DNA from: an uncultured Acidimicrobiales bacterium
Lineage (GTDB): Bacteria > Actinomycetota > Acidimicrobiia > Acidimicrobiales > SZUA-35
Direction: 5' to 3'
DNA: 64,000 nt
Assembly: GCA_963803875.1 (NCBI GenBank)
Contig: CAWDOA010000014.1
Span: 48,625-112,624, forward strand
In this document: positions 47,265 to 56,679 of the stretch, in pieces
Numbering within the stretch: the first letter of the stretch is position 1
Layout: every line of letters begins with the position of its first letter
Notes under the pieces: model-generated
What the model was told of the DNA's origin: nothing
The model's input: only the letters and a program-made list of their open reading frames with translations
Database searches by the model: none
Program-made: the position numbers and the translations under genes

Positions 47265-48536
47265 ATGCTCGAATGGTGGTCTGAACAGGCACGATCCCGT
47301 CGGCAGGAGATCCTGGCCAGTCCAATCTCTGCGGAGCGGGTAGAGCAGCTCGCAACCCGGAACTCGACCATTCACGACCGCGAGTGCATCAACCTGAACC
47401 CGGCCACCAACACCATGAACCCGCGGGCGGAAGCGTTGCTGTCGGCCGGCCTCGGGGCCAGACCCTCGCTGGGCCATCCCGGGGAGAAATACGAGATGGG
47501 CTTGGAGGCGATCGAGGAGATCGAAGTGATCACCGCCGAGCTCGCCTGTCGTGTATTCGACGCCGGTTACGCCGAAGTGCGAGTGCCGTCAGGGGCCATG
47601 GGAAACCTCTTCGCATTCATGGCGACGTGTGAGCCCGGCGATCCGATCATCGTGCCACCGGCAACAATCGGTGGTCACGTGACCCACAACACGGCCGGAT
47701 GTGCCGGGCTCTTCGGACTCGAGATCCACGAGGCTCCGATCGACGCCGACCGTTTCACCGTCGACGTGGACGGGGTCGCCCAACTCGCGGCTCGCGTCGA
47801 ACCCAAGCTCATCACCATCGGAACAAGCCTCAACCTGCTCCCGCATCCGGTCGCCGAACTACGCTCGGTCGCCGATTCGGTCGGTGCGAGGCTGCTGTTC
47901 GATGCGGCTCACGCCTGTGGCATGTTCGCCGGTCGGGCATGGCCCAACCCGTTGAGCGAAGGGGCCCACCTGATGACGATGAGCACCTATAAGAGTCTGG
48001 GTGGGCCACCGTCGGGCCTTGTGGTCACCAGCAACAACTCGCTGGCCGAACGGATCGACTCCATTGCCTATCCCGGCATGACGGCCAACTTCGATGCCGC
48101 CCAGACCGCTGCATTGGCGATCACCCTGACCGACTGGTTGAAGCACGGGCGTGACTACGCGGAGGCGATGATCGCAACGGCAACGTCACTGGCTGAATGC
48201 CTCGATGCCAGTGGTATCTCCACGTTCCATACCGTCGAGGGCAGCACCCGGTCCCATCAACTGGCGGTGGACGCCCGACCCTTCGGCGGTGGCCATGCCG
48301 CTGCGCTACGCCTGCGGACCGCAAATGTGTTGGCCTCGGCCATCGGTCTTCCCACCGGAAGTGACGACGGACTCCGCCTGGGAACAAACGAGCTCACCCG
48401 CTGGGGCATGAGCCACACCGACATGCCCGAACTCGCCACCTACATCGCCCACGCACTCACAGGCGATCCGAGCCAAGTGGCCGCTCGGGTGACCGCAATG
48501 CGGGGCCGGTTCACCGACCTCAGATTCATCGACTAG
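47265..48536 (+). CDS. serine hydroxymethyltransferase-family PLP enzyme (divergent, SHMT-like)
   Basis: SHMT-like blocks INLNPATNTMNP, GHPGEKYEMG, VPSGAMGN and GGHVTHN, with PLP-Lys block STYKSLGGP (canonical is TTHKTLRGP). Start ATG 47265 or 47235. Confidence 0.75.
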   Translation: MLEWWSEQARSRRQEILASPISAERVEQLATRNSTIHDRECINLNPATNTMNPRAEALLSAGLGARPSLGHPGEKYEMGLEAIEEIEVITAELACRVFDAGYAEVRVPSGAMGNLFAFMATCEPGDPIIVPPATIGGHVTHNTAGCAGLFGLEIHEAPIDADRFTVDVDGVAQLAARVEPKLITIGTSLNLLPHPVAELRSVADSVGARLLFDAAHACGMFAGRAWPNPLSEGAHLMTMSTYKSLGGPPSGLVVTSNNSLAERIDSIAYPGMTANFDAAQTAALAITLTDWLKHGRDYAEAMIATATSLAECLDASGISTFHTVEGSTRSHQLAVDARPFGGGHAAALRLRTANVLASAIGLPTGSDDGLRLGTNELTRWGMSHTDMPELATYIAHALTGDPSQVAARVTAMRGRFTDLRFID

Positions 48537-48568
48537 AAGCAGTCGAAGCGCTGCGCGATCATTGGTCC

Positions 48569-49747
48569 ATGCCATCAATAGGTTGGAACACCGAGGTGCC
48601 CCCCAACGGATTCGCCAACCGACCGGCCACAGCCACTGCTGACAACAACAACCCGCTCGGCCTCCATGCGCCAGCGCCCGATTTCGTGATCGAAACGACC
48701 CCGGAGCACTACAACCTGGTGGGCGGTGATCCCTCTTGCGCCACCTGGACGAGGGCCTACGACGATCCCGGGGTGGTCGCGCTCCGGAATCGGCTGCGCG
48801 ACCACAACGGCATTCCGAACCTGGAGACCGTGAAGCCACATGAAGTAGCTCGGGCGGTTGAGCTGTTCTACCGCGATGGCTTCGTGGTCGTCGCCGATGC
48901 CCTTCCACCCGAACATCTGGCAAACCTCAGGGCAGCAACCGATCGAGTGATCGACGACATCATCGCTGTCGACCCCTCCGGTGGCGCCGGCGGTGGCGCC
49001 GGAGGTCTCCCCCATCGATACTCCTTCGGTTCAACCTCGGCATCGCGGCATCGGCTACACGATCCGGCTTGGACTGCGGTGATAGATCTCCCGACAACCA
49101 CACCGATCCTCACCGCTATCTACGGATCTGACAGCTACATCGTCGGCGGGGGTGGGGGTGATCTGGCCCTTCCGGGCGCAATCGAGTACCAAGGCCTGCA
49201 CAGCGACAACATCTGGACCGAACCACACGATCCGGTTGCGGGTCTGACGATGAAACAGCTGCCCGTCTCGGTGGTCACGATCAACTTCCCAATGGTCGAT
49301 CTCACCTGGGAGAACGGTCCGATCCGTCAGATCCCCGGCAGCCAGCGTTCCACCGAACCGATCCCTACCGTCGCCAACGAGCCCCTGTGGATGAAACACA
49401 GCACGGTGTGCCCTGTTCGGGCCGGATCGGCCATCTTCAGAGACAACCGGTGCTGGCACAGTGGCACACCGAACCTTTCGCGTGAGGTTCGGTCGATGCC
49501 CAACATCGAGTACTTCGCACCGTGGTTCCGGAGCGACATCATCACACGATCAATGCCCTTCGACCGGTGGGTGGAACTCAGCCCCCACGGACGCCGGATC
49601 TGCCGCTACGTCACGTGCGATCCGGGTGAATCGGTTCTCGGGGCCGGATTCACCCATCCCCGAGCAGCCGCTCGGGAAGCGTTTGTCGAATCCCAACTGG
49701 CCGACATGGACCCCACGACTGCAGCGATCGTTCGGGCCCGCCTGTAG
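48569..49747 (+). CDS. phytanoyl-CoA dioxygenase (PhyH)-family Fe(II)/2-oxoglutarate oxygenase
   Basis: PhyH-like N-terminal block (FYRDGFVVVADALP), HxD (GLHSDNIW) and distal His (RCWHSGTPNLS). Confidence 0.65.
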   Translation: MPSIGWNTEVPPNGFANRPATATADNNNPLGLHAPAPDFVIETTPEHYNLVGGDPSCATWTRAYDDPGVVALRNRLRDHNGIPNLETVKPHEVARAVELFYRDGFVVVADALPPEHLANLRAATDRVIDDIIAVDPSGGAGGGAGGLPHRYSFGSTSASRHRLHDPAWTAVIDLPTTTPILTAIYGSDSYIVGGGGGDLALPGAIEYQGLHSDNIWTEPHDPVAGLTMKQLPVSVVTINFPMVDLTWENGPIRQIPGSQRSTEPIPTVANEPLWMKHSTVCPVRAGSAIFRDNRCWHSGTPNLSREVRSMPNIEYFAPWFRSDIITRSMPFDRWVELSPHGRRICRYVTCDPGESVLGAGFTHPRAAAREAFVESQLADMDPTTAAIVRARL

Positions 49748-49782
49748 AAAGTCCCCCGACCGGACTCAGACCAACCGGTAGT

Positions 49783-50706
49783 GTGCAATCGATGGTCGCC
49801 AAGCCGGTAATCGCCAAGGAGCTCACCAAGTCCTTCGATGGGTTCACCGCGGTCAACGGCATCGACCTCGAAGTCGAACCCGGTGAGTCATTCGCAATGC
49901 TGGGTCCCAACGGGGCCGGAAAGAGCAGCACTATGAAGATGATCTCCACCGTGAGCCCAATCACTTCGGGCGAACTGTGGGTGCTGGGCGCAGACCCGGT
50001 GACCGAGGGACCATCGATCAGGGCCAGGTTGGGAGTGGTCCCCCAGGAAGACAACCTCGACGACGAGCTCACTCTTCGAGAGAACCTCATGGTCTACGCA
50101 CGCTACTTCGGGCTTTCCTGGAGCACAGCACGGGCCAAGGCCGACGAGCTTCTTGCATTCGCCCGGCTAGAAGACCGAGCCAAGGATCGAGTCAGCTCGC
50201 TCTCGGGAGGAATGAAGCGTCGGCTCACGATCGCCCGGGCGCTCGTCAACGAGCCTGACATGGTGCTCCTTGACGAGCCGACAACCGGTCTGGACCCCCA
50301 GGCTCGCCATCTGCTGTGGGAACGCCTCTACCAATTGAAGGAACGAGGGGTGACGCTGCTGCTCACCACCCACTACATGGACGAGGCCGAACAGTTGGCC
50401 GACCGGCTGGTGATTATGGACAAAGGCAAAATCGTGGCTGAAGGCTCACCGTCGAGTCTCATCACCGAGCACGTCACGAGGGAGGTGTTGGAAGTCCGAT
50501 TTGCTGGCGGCGACCGGTCTGACATCGCGGACCTGGGACTTCGCACCGAAAGGCTCGCCGACCGAACCCTCGTCTACACCGACGACGGCGAAGGGACCAT
50601 GGCCAAGTTGGTCAACGCCGGCCACACCCCCACTTCGAGCCTTGTACGGAGGGCCGGCCTGGAGGATGTCTTTCTCGCCCTCACCGGTCGGACCTTGGTG
50701 GAGTAA
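49783..50706 (+). CDS. ABC transporter ATP-binding protein (DrrA/NodI-like, ABC-2 exporter)
   Basis: Walker A GPNGAGKSS, signature LSGGMKRR, Walker B LLDEPTTGLD. Confidence 0.9.
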   Translation: MQSMVAKPVIAKELTKSFDGFTAVNGIDLEVEPGESFAMLGPNGAGKSSTMKMISTVSPITSGELWVLGADPVTEGPSIRARLGVVPQEDNLDDELTLRENLMVYARYFGLSWSTARAKADELLAFARLEDRAKDRVSSLSGGMKRRLTIARALVNEPDMVLLDEPTTGLDPQARHLLWERLYQLKERGVTLLLTTHYMDEAEQLADRLVIMDKGKIVAEGSPSSLITEHVTREVLEVRFAGGDRSDIADLGLRTERLADRTLVYTDDGEGTMAKLVNAGHTPTSSLVRRAGLEDVFLALTGRTLVE

Positions 50707-50708
50707 GG

Positions 50709-51542
50709 ATGACGGCAACGACAACCTCTGCCCTGTCACCAGCGGAAACCAGGGATCAAGGGCGTTCACAGCTGGGGCCACTGGTCCACTTTCTCGAGCA
50801 CCAATTCCTGCGTTTTCGGACCACGTTCCGAGGGACCGTGGTCAGTGGAGCGGTCGGCCCGCTGTTCTATCTGCTGGGGCTCGGGCTGGGGCTGGGCTCA
50901 CAAATCGATGCCCAGCAGTCCGGACTGCAGACCGCCGACTATCTCGAATTCGTCGGCCCGGGACTCATGGCGGCCGCCGCCATGCAGCTGGGGGCGTCGG
51001 AGAGCCTGTGGCAAACCGCAGGCCAGCTCCGCTGGCGCGGGACCTATGTGTCGATCATCAACACACCGCTGACCACCGGACAGTTGTTCACCGGTCATGT
51101 GGTATGGATTGGATTTCGAGCTCTGGTCGGCGCCTCCATTTACCTGATGGTGCTCACCGGGTTCAGCGTCCCCACCGGTCCCCGTGCGTTGCTTGCTCCT
51201 TTCGCCGCGGTCGGAACGGCAATGGCGTTCGCGGCACTCATCTCGGCGTGGACCGGTCAGGCAAAGGGTGACCAGAGCTTCCCGGTGATCCTGCGTCTGG
51301 GCGTCCTCCCCCTCTACCTGTTCTCCGGCGCGTTCTACCCGGTGGACCAGCTTCCCGATGCGCTCGCCTGGTTCAGCAGGCTCACACCGGTCTGGCATGG
51401 CGTGGAGCTTTGCCGGGGTTTGATCATCGATCGGGGGCTCAGTCTCGAGGCAGCCGTCGGTCACGTCGCGGTACTCACCGGGTTTGTCGTGATCGGCATC
51501 CTGGCCGGGCGACGCACGTTCACCAAGGCGCTCGGATCATGA
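50709..51542 (+). CDS. ABC-2 type transporter permease
   Basis: ~6 TM segments with ABC-2 (DrrB/NodJ-like) topology. Starts 3 nt after the ATPase stop. Confidence 0.75.
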   Translation: MTATTTSALSPAETRDQGRSQLGPLVHFLEHQFLRFRTTFRGTVVSGAVGPLFYLLGLGLGLGSQIDAQQSGLQTADYLEFVGPGLMAAAAMQLGASESLWQTAGQLRWRGTYVSIINTPLTTGQLFTGHVVWIGFRALVGASIYLMVLTGFSVPTGPRALLAPFAAVGTAMAFAALISAWTGQAKGDQSFPVILRLGVLPLYLFSGAFYPVDQLPDALAWFSRLTPVWHGVELCRGLIIDRGLSLEAAVGHVAVLTGFVVIGILAGRRTFTKALGS

Positions 51543-52309
51543 CCGCGGCTGTGATGCTGCCGATGCGGGTCGTGGAGCGGAACATCGTGTCGTATCGGCG
51601 GTTGTGGCTGATCCTGGCCAGCGCAATGTTCGAACCGATGATCTTTCTGTTCGGGCTCGGTGTGGGCCTTGGCCAGCTGGTCGGCAACATCGAGTGGGAC
51701 GGTGAGATGATCACGTACGCCCAGTTCGTGGCCCCAGGGCTCTTGGCCAGCAGCGCCATGAACGGTGCAATCTTCGACATGACGTTCAACTTCTATTTCA
51801 AGCTGAAGGAGAGCCGAACCTTCGATGCGATGCTCGTGACGCCGCTTTCGATCGGCCATGTGATGGATGGCGAGATGGCATGGGCCATGATCCGCGGTGG
51901 CCTCTACTCGGTCACGTTCCTGGTGGTCATGTGGGCCTTCGGCCTTTTGGCCAGCTGGTGGGCGCTCCTCATCCCGCTCGCAGCTCTGCTCATCGGTGTG
52001 GCATTCGCAGCCATGGGGGCGTACGGAACCACGTACGCACGAAACTGGCAGGACTTCGACATCCTGTTCCTCATAACCCAGCCGTTGTTCCTGCTGAGCA
52101 CCACGTTCTTCGCCCTCGATGTCTACCCCGGCTGGGCCCAGCCGATCGTGCAGGCCACCCCGCTGTACCACGGCGTCGACCTGATCCGCGATCTCGCCCG
52201 CGGCTCGGTCGACAGCAGCGCATTCGGCCACGTGGGCTACTTGGTGTCAGCCACTCTCATCGCCCGCCACTTCGTGAAACGGCGGATGAACACGCTCCTA
52301 CTGAGCTGA
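51539..52309 (+). CDS. ABC-2 type transporter permease (second subunit)
   Basis: ATGA overlap with the preceding permease. Starts MTAAVMLPMRVVERNIVSYRRLWL. ~6 TM segments. Confidence 0.75.
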   Translation: MTAAVMLPMRVVERNIVSYRRLWLILASAMFEPMIFLFGLGVGLGQLVGNIEWDGEMITYAQFVAPGLLASSAMNGAIFDMTFNFYFKLKESRTFDAMLVTPLSIGHVMDGEMAWAMIRGGLYSVTFLVVMWAFGLLASWWALLIPLAALLIGVAFAAMGAYGTTYARNWQDFDILFLITQPLFLLSTTFFALDVYPGWAQPIVQATPLYHGVDLIRDLARGSVDSSAFGHVGYLVSATLIARHFVKRRMNTLLLS

Positions 52310-52387
52310 ACAAACTCTTGCTGCCAGCGAATCGCGTGGCCTGATTTCCCTAGAGCTTTCGGGGCGAGAACCGGCTTAACTAGAGCA

Positions 52388-54253
52388 ATGCGGCGGCGAA
52401 TCCTTGTTCTGTTGACGGCATTGACGTGTGGCGGAGCCCTCCTCGTCGGCATGCCCAGTGCCTCGTCGGCAGATGGAACCGCGCTGGCACCGATCGAGTG
52501 TGAGTTCACAGTGAGCGGTTCGAGCGCAACGGTGTCCTGGACGAGAGCGGTCGATGATGGCGCCGCCTCATTCGTGATCCGACGCAGTCGAAACGGCGGG
52601 GCGTTCGGATGGACGGGACGGGTGGTGGTCCCTGCGACCACATTCACCCAGACCGTCCCCCGGTCCTCTACCTACGCCTACACCGTCGAAGCGAAAGATG
52701 CAGCCAATCAATCCAGCGAAATAGTTGCCTGCACCGAGCAGACAGCCCCCGACACCGACCCGGTTGCACCGCTCTCTTGCACCGCCGAACGAACCGGCAA
52801 TGCGGTGACAGTCGAATGGACCAGGGCGGCGAACGACAACGCCAGTGCGTTCATCATCCGCCGTAGCCGCGACGGTGGAGCGTTCGGCTGGACCGGACGG
52901 GTCAACGTCCCGGCCACGACCTTCGACCAGACCGTTTCCGGAAACGCCGCGTACGACTACACCGTCGAAACTCGCACCAGCGACAACGACGGCAGTACCG
53001 GGACGCCCTGTATCAACTCCGGCGAGCCTCCGCCTGCCCCTGGCGCCCCCACGGTTTGCACCTACGTTCGGGACGGCAACACCGCCACCCTCGAGTGGAC
53101 TCGGGCCACCGACGACAACGCAGATGCCTTCATCATTCGACGCAGCCGGAACGGCGGCCCGTTCGGATGGACCGGCCGGATCCTTCCCCCGGACACGACA
53201 TTCACTCAAACCTCACTGTCCTCGTCCAGCACGTACGACTACCGGGTTGAAACCCGATCCAGCGACAACGCGTTCAGTGATCCCACCCCGTGTACGACGC
53301 CCCAGTCTGAGGGCAGTGCCGAACGTGTTCTTCACATCAGCATCGACGGGCTCCGGTCCGATTATGTCAACGATCAGATCACGCCGACGCTGTGGGGCCT
53401 GGTGACAAGCGGGGCGTCGACCCTCAACGCTCGAACAGACTTCAACGCCACGATCACCTTGCCCAATCACACCGGCCAGCTCACCAGCCGCCGCCAACTG
53501 GGTCCTGATGGGTTCAACGTTCTCACCAACGAGGACAACGGTGGCACTGTGCATGATCAGGCCGGGTTCTACGTCGCTTCGAGCTTCGACGTGGCCCACG
53601 ACAACGGGCTGGCTACCTATGCGCTTGTCGGCAAGGAGAAGTTCGACTTCTTTGATCGAACCTGGAACGAGGTGAACGGTGCACCCGACACCACTGGCGC
53701 CGACGACGGCATGGACAAGATCGACGTCTACGAAAAGAACTTCTCGATCCAGGGCCAGACCGACCTCATCGTGGACCACCTCACATCCGAGCCGGCCGAG
53801 TACATCTTCTGGCACATCCCTCACCCGGATGGCTTTGGTCACCCCAACGGCTGGGGGTCACCTGCGTACGACGCAGCCGTCGCCAACTCCGACGCATCGA
53901 TCGCTGCCGCCCTCAACGTGATCGCAAACGATCCGGCACTGGCGTCCACCACCGCCGTGATCGTGACATCGGATCACGGAGGACCAATCGGCGAAAGCCA
54001 ACACGACGTCTTCGATGACGACGAGAACTTCATCGTGCCATTCATCGTGTGGGGTCCCGGTGTGGGAGCCAACGAGAACCTCTACACGCTCAATAGTTCA
54101 ACCAGACTCGATCCTGGAATTGGCCGACCCGACGAAATCGGGATACAGCCGATCCGGGCCTCGGAGGCGGGCAACCTCTCAACCCAATTGCTCGGACTGT
54201 CACCGATCCCGGGATCGCGATTCAACGCGGCCCACGACCTGGTCTTGGACTGA
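52388..54253 (+). CDS. secreted protein: three Fn3-like Cys-bracketed repeats + alkaline-phosphatase-superfamily (ENPP/type I phosphodiesterase-like) domain
   Basis: Signal peptide (MRRRILVLLTALTCGGALLVGMPSASSA). Three ~95-aa repeats (C...WTRA.DDNA.AFIIRRSRNGG.FGWTGR...TTF.QT...Y.Y.VE...C). Catalytic-domain motifs ISIDGLRSDY, TLPNHTGQLT and VTSDHGGP. Confidence 0.75.
   Translation: MRRRILVLLTALTCGGALLVGMPSASSADGTALAPIECEFTVSGSSATVSWTRAVDDGAASFVIRRSRNGGAFGWTGRVVVPATTFTQTVPRSSTYAYTVEAKDAANQSSEIVACTEQTAPDTDPVAPLSCTAERTGNAVTVEWTRAANDNASAFIIRRSRDGGAFGWTGRVNVPATTFDQTVSGNAAYDYTVETRTSDNDGSTGTPCINSGEPPPAPGAPTVCTYVRDGNTATLEWTRATDDNADAFIIRRSRNGGPFGWTGRILPPDTTFTQTSLSSSSTYDYRVETRSSDNAFSDPTPCTTPQSEGSAERVLHISIDGLRSDYVNDQITPTLWGLVTSGASTLNARTDFNATITLPNHTGQLTSRRQLGPDGFNVLTNEDNGGTVHDQAGFYVASSFDVAHDNGLATYALVGKEKFDFFDRTWNEVNGAPDTTGADDGMDKIDVYEKNFSIQGQTDLIVDHLTSEPAEYIFWHIPHPDGFGHPNGWGSPAYDAAVANSDASIAAALNVIANDPALASTTAVIVTSDHGGPIGESQHDVFDDDENFIVPFIVWGPGVGANENLYTLNSSTRLDPGIGRPDEIGIQPIRASEAGNLSTQLLGLSPIPGSRFNAAHDLVLD
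52499..53293 (+). repeat. three tandem ~280-bp intragenic repeats (protein-level ~95-aa units)
   Basis: Units run roughly 52499-52732, 52778-53011 and 53057-53293. Each starts and ends on a Cys codon and shares WTRA-DDNA-AFIIRRSR-GG-FGWTGR. Confidence 0.8.
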
Positions 54254-54258
54254 CCGGT

Positions 54259-55245
54259 TCAGATTGAGATGGGACGGTTGGTGGCAGCCGATTCCCGCGC
54301 CGCCAATCCAATCACCAGCGGGGCCCGCCCGTCGGCACCGGTCACCGGAGTGGCCGAGCCTGACCTCACTGCGTCGATGAACCGCTCCCACTGGTGTACG
54401 TAGCTGGGGATGTATCGCTCGAGGAAGAAGTGAGGCACCACGTCACCGGCACTGCCGCCGGCGGTCCGTTTCACCATGGAGGTGGCGGTGTGGTTTTCCG
54501 AGCCGACGATCCCTTTCGACCCGAACGCTTCGACTCTCTGGTCGTAGCCAAAAGCGCTCTGGCGACAGTTGTCGATGGTGGTGACCGTGCCGTTCTCGTG
54601 GGTGAGCAGCACGGTGACAGTGTCGAGATCGCCAGCCTCGCCAATACCGGGGTCCACCATCACCGAGCCGGTGGCGTAGACCTCGGTGACTTCTGAGCCG
54701 GTGATGAAGCGGGCCATGTCGAAATCGTGGATGGTCATGTCGAGGAAGATCCCACCGCTGACCTTCACATACTCGATCGGAGGTGGCTCGGGATCCCGGC
54801 TACTGATACGAAGCTGTCGGAGATCGCCGACCTCGCCAGCGGCAACCGCAGCCTGCACCGCAGCATGAGACGGATCGAACCGTCGGTTGAACCCGATGTG
54901 AAGTGGCACGCCGGCGCGTTCGACCGCGGCTAACCCACGGTCGACCTCGTCGAGGTCGAGCGATACAGGCTTCTCGCAGAAGATCGCCTTTCCGGCCGCT
55001 GCCGCCTGCACCATGAGATCCACATGGGTCGGTGTCGACGTGCAAATCGCAACCGCATCGGCGTCGCTGGCCAACGCATCCTCAACGCTTGTGAAACGAG
55101 ATACACCCAGCCGTTCAGCCGTGGCAACGGCCGCCCCATCGAACACGTCGAAGACCCCGGCCACCGAAGCGCCCGCGATCCGGTTGTGAAGCAAATCCAC
55201 ATGCATCGCTCCGATACGCCCAACACCCAAGACTGCAATCTTCAC
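54259..55245 (-). CDS. iolG: Gfo/Idh/MocA oxidoreductase, inositol 2-dehydrogenase-like
   Basis: Rossmann KIAVLGVGRIG, CEKPV motif and GFNRRFDP. Located in an iol gene cluster. Confidence 0.75.
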   Translation of the reverse strand: MKIAVLGVGRIGAMHVDLLHNRIAGASVAGVFDVFDGAAVATAERLGVSRFTSVEDALASDADAVAICTSTPTHVDLMVQAAAAGKAIFCEKPVSLDLDEVDRGLAAVERAGVPLHIGFNRRFDPSHAAVQAAVAAGEVGDLRQLRISSRDPEPPPIEYVKVSGGIFLDMTIHDFDMARFITGSEVTEVYATGSVMVDPGIGEAGDLDTVTVLLTHENGTVTTIDNCRQSAFGYDQRVEAFGSKGIVGSENHTATSMVKRTAGGSAGDVVPHFFLERYIPSYVHQWERFIDAVRSGSATPVTGADGRAPLVIGLAARESAATNRPISI

Positions 55246-55374
55246 TTCGATCCCTCCCAGGGTTTGTTCCTGCCAATACGACCAGACTCCAGAGGACGTT
55301 AGTTGACCGGGTGGCAGAGACCGAGCCCAGGGTTGAGCAGGCCGACCCCGGCGCGTCCGCCATGCACGATCCAG

Positions 55375-55407
55375 AAGCCTCCGTGGCGCCCGAACGGCCC
55401 CCGGAGG
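55375..55407. repeat. short hairpin motif related to the terminal motif of the 15.3-kb and 8.4-kb elements
   Basis: AAGCCTCCGTGGCGCCCGAACGGCCCCCGGAGG. Its first 28 nt match the reverse complement of 15294-15321 (AAGCCTCCGTGGCGCCTGAACGGCCCCC) at 27 of 28 positions. Forms a CCTCCG...CGGAGG stem. Confidence 0.55.
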
Positions 55408-55451
55408 GACAGCACAGCCCCTGCCTGATGAGGCGCACTCGGTCTACCCAA

Positions 55452-56636
55452 CTAGCACGACACATCCTCAATCGTCAGGGGTTTCACGTCTTCCCAGGAG
55501 CCGCTTTCCCAGCTGTTGATGATCGCCTGCTGCACGCTCACGTAGTCGACAGCCTGTTGGAAGCCGGGCTCGTGTTGTTCACCGGCGGCCACCGCGGTGA
55601 GGAACTGAAGGCATTCGATGACCTTGAGATCCTCGTAGCCGATGGCGTTTGCATCGCCGGGAACGAAGTTGCCATGAAATGGATAGCGGTCGCCGGCAAA
55701 TACCTTGGTGTAGCCGTCGTGAAGGTGGTCGCCGCCGGTCATGAAGATGTTCATCTCGTTCATGGTTTCCAGGTTCCAGTTGAGCGCCCCTTTGGTGCCG
55801 TGGACGTCGAAGGCCATCTGGCTTTGCGGGCCCACGATGTTTCGGCTCGTTTCGAATGTGCCGATCGACCCGTTGGCGAAGCGAACCATGCAACCGGCGT
55901 AGTCTTCGTTGGTCACCGGTCCGGTTGGGTCGCCGGGCGCACCTCGGTCGTAGTGAGTGCCGCCGGCTTTGGGCAGCGGCCGCTCTTTGATGAAGGTCTC
56001 TTGCATCCCCACCACGCTCGTGATCGGACCGTTGAGCATCATGCCGAGATCGATGCTGTGGCTGAGGATGTCCGAACTCACCCCGTAACCGGCGCCGTCG
56101 AGTTCGAATCGCCATGACAGCAGACCCATCGGGTCCGAGCCATACATGGAGAAGAACCGGCCGCGGTAGTTGGTGATCTGGCCGAGATCGCCGTCGTCGA
56201 TGAGCTTCTTGGCGTACCGAACCAGAGGCGCCCAGCGGTAGTTGTAGCCGACGCCGGTAATAACCCCGGCGTTCTCTGCTGCGGCAGCTATCCGTACCGT
56301 CTGGGCCGGAGTTCCACCTACAGGCTTTTCGCAGAAGACGTGCTTACCCGCAGCGGCGGCGGCGACACATAGCTCTTCGTGCAACATGTTGGGTGCGCAC
56401 ACGATCACTGCATCCACGTCGGGGTGTTCGATGGCCTCGGCCGGGTCGGTGGTGTACTCGGCGAAACCGAAGCTCCGAACCGCCTCTTGGGCCCGAGCTT
56501 CCATGTTGTCGCAGCAGATGACCAACTCGGGTTCGGCCGGCCGGTCGGGGAAGAGCGAGGGGATCCTGGCGTAACTACGGCTATGGGCTTGGCCCATCCA
56601 ACCGAAGCCGATCACGGCGATTCCGACGGTGTTCAT
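55452..56636 (-). CDS. Gfo/Idh/MocA family oxidoreductase
   Basis: Rossmann GIAVIGFGWMGQAH and CEKPV motif. 394 aa. In the iol cluster. Confidence 0.8.
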   Translation of the reverse strand: MNTVGIAVIGFGWMGQAHSRSYARIPSLFPDRPAEPELVICCDNMEARAQEAVRSFGFAEYTTDPAEAIEHPDVDAVIVCAPNMLHEELCVAAAAAGKHVFCEKPVGGTPAQTVRIAAAAENAGVITGVGYNYRWAPLVRYAKKLIDDGDLGQITNYRGRFFSMYGSDPMGLLSWRFELDGAGYGVSSDILSHSIDLGMMLNGPITSVVGMQETFIKERPLPKAGGTHYDRGAPGDPTGPVTNEDYAGCMVRFANGSIGTFETSRNIVGPQSQMAFDVHGTKGALNWNLETMNEMNIFMTGGDHLHDGYTKVFAGDRYPFHGNFVPGDANAIGYEDLKVIECLQFLTAVAAGEQHEPGFQQAVDYVSVQQAIINSWESGSWEDVKPLTIEDVSC

Positions 56637-56679
56637 GCGGTGGCGTTCCTTTGTTGAGGTGTGGAAGGGAATAACAAGA

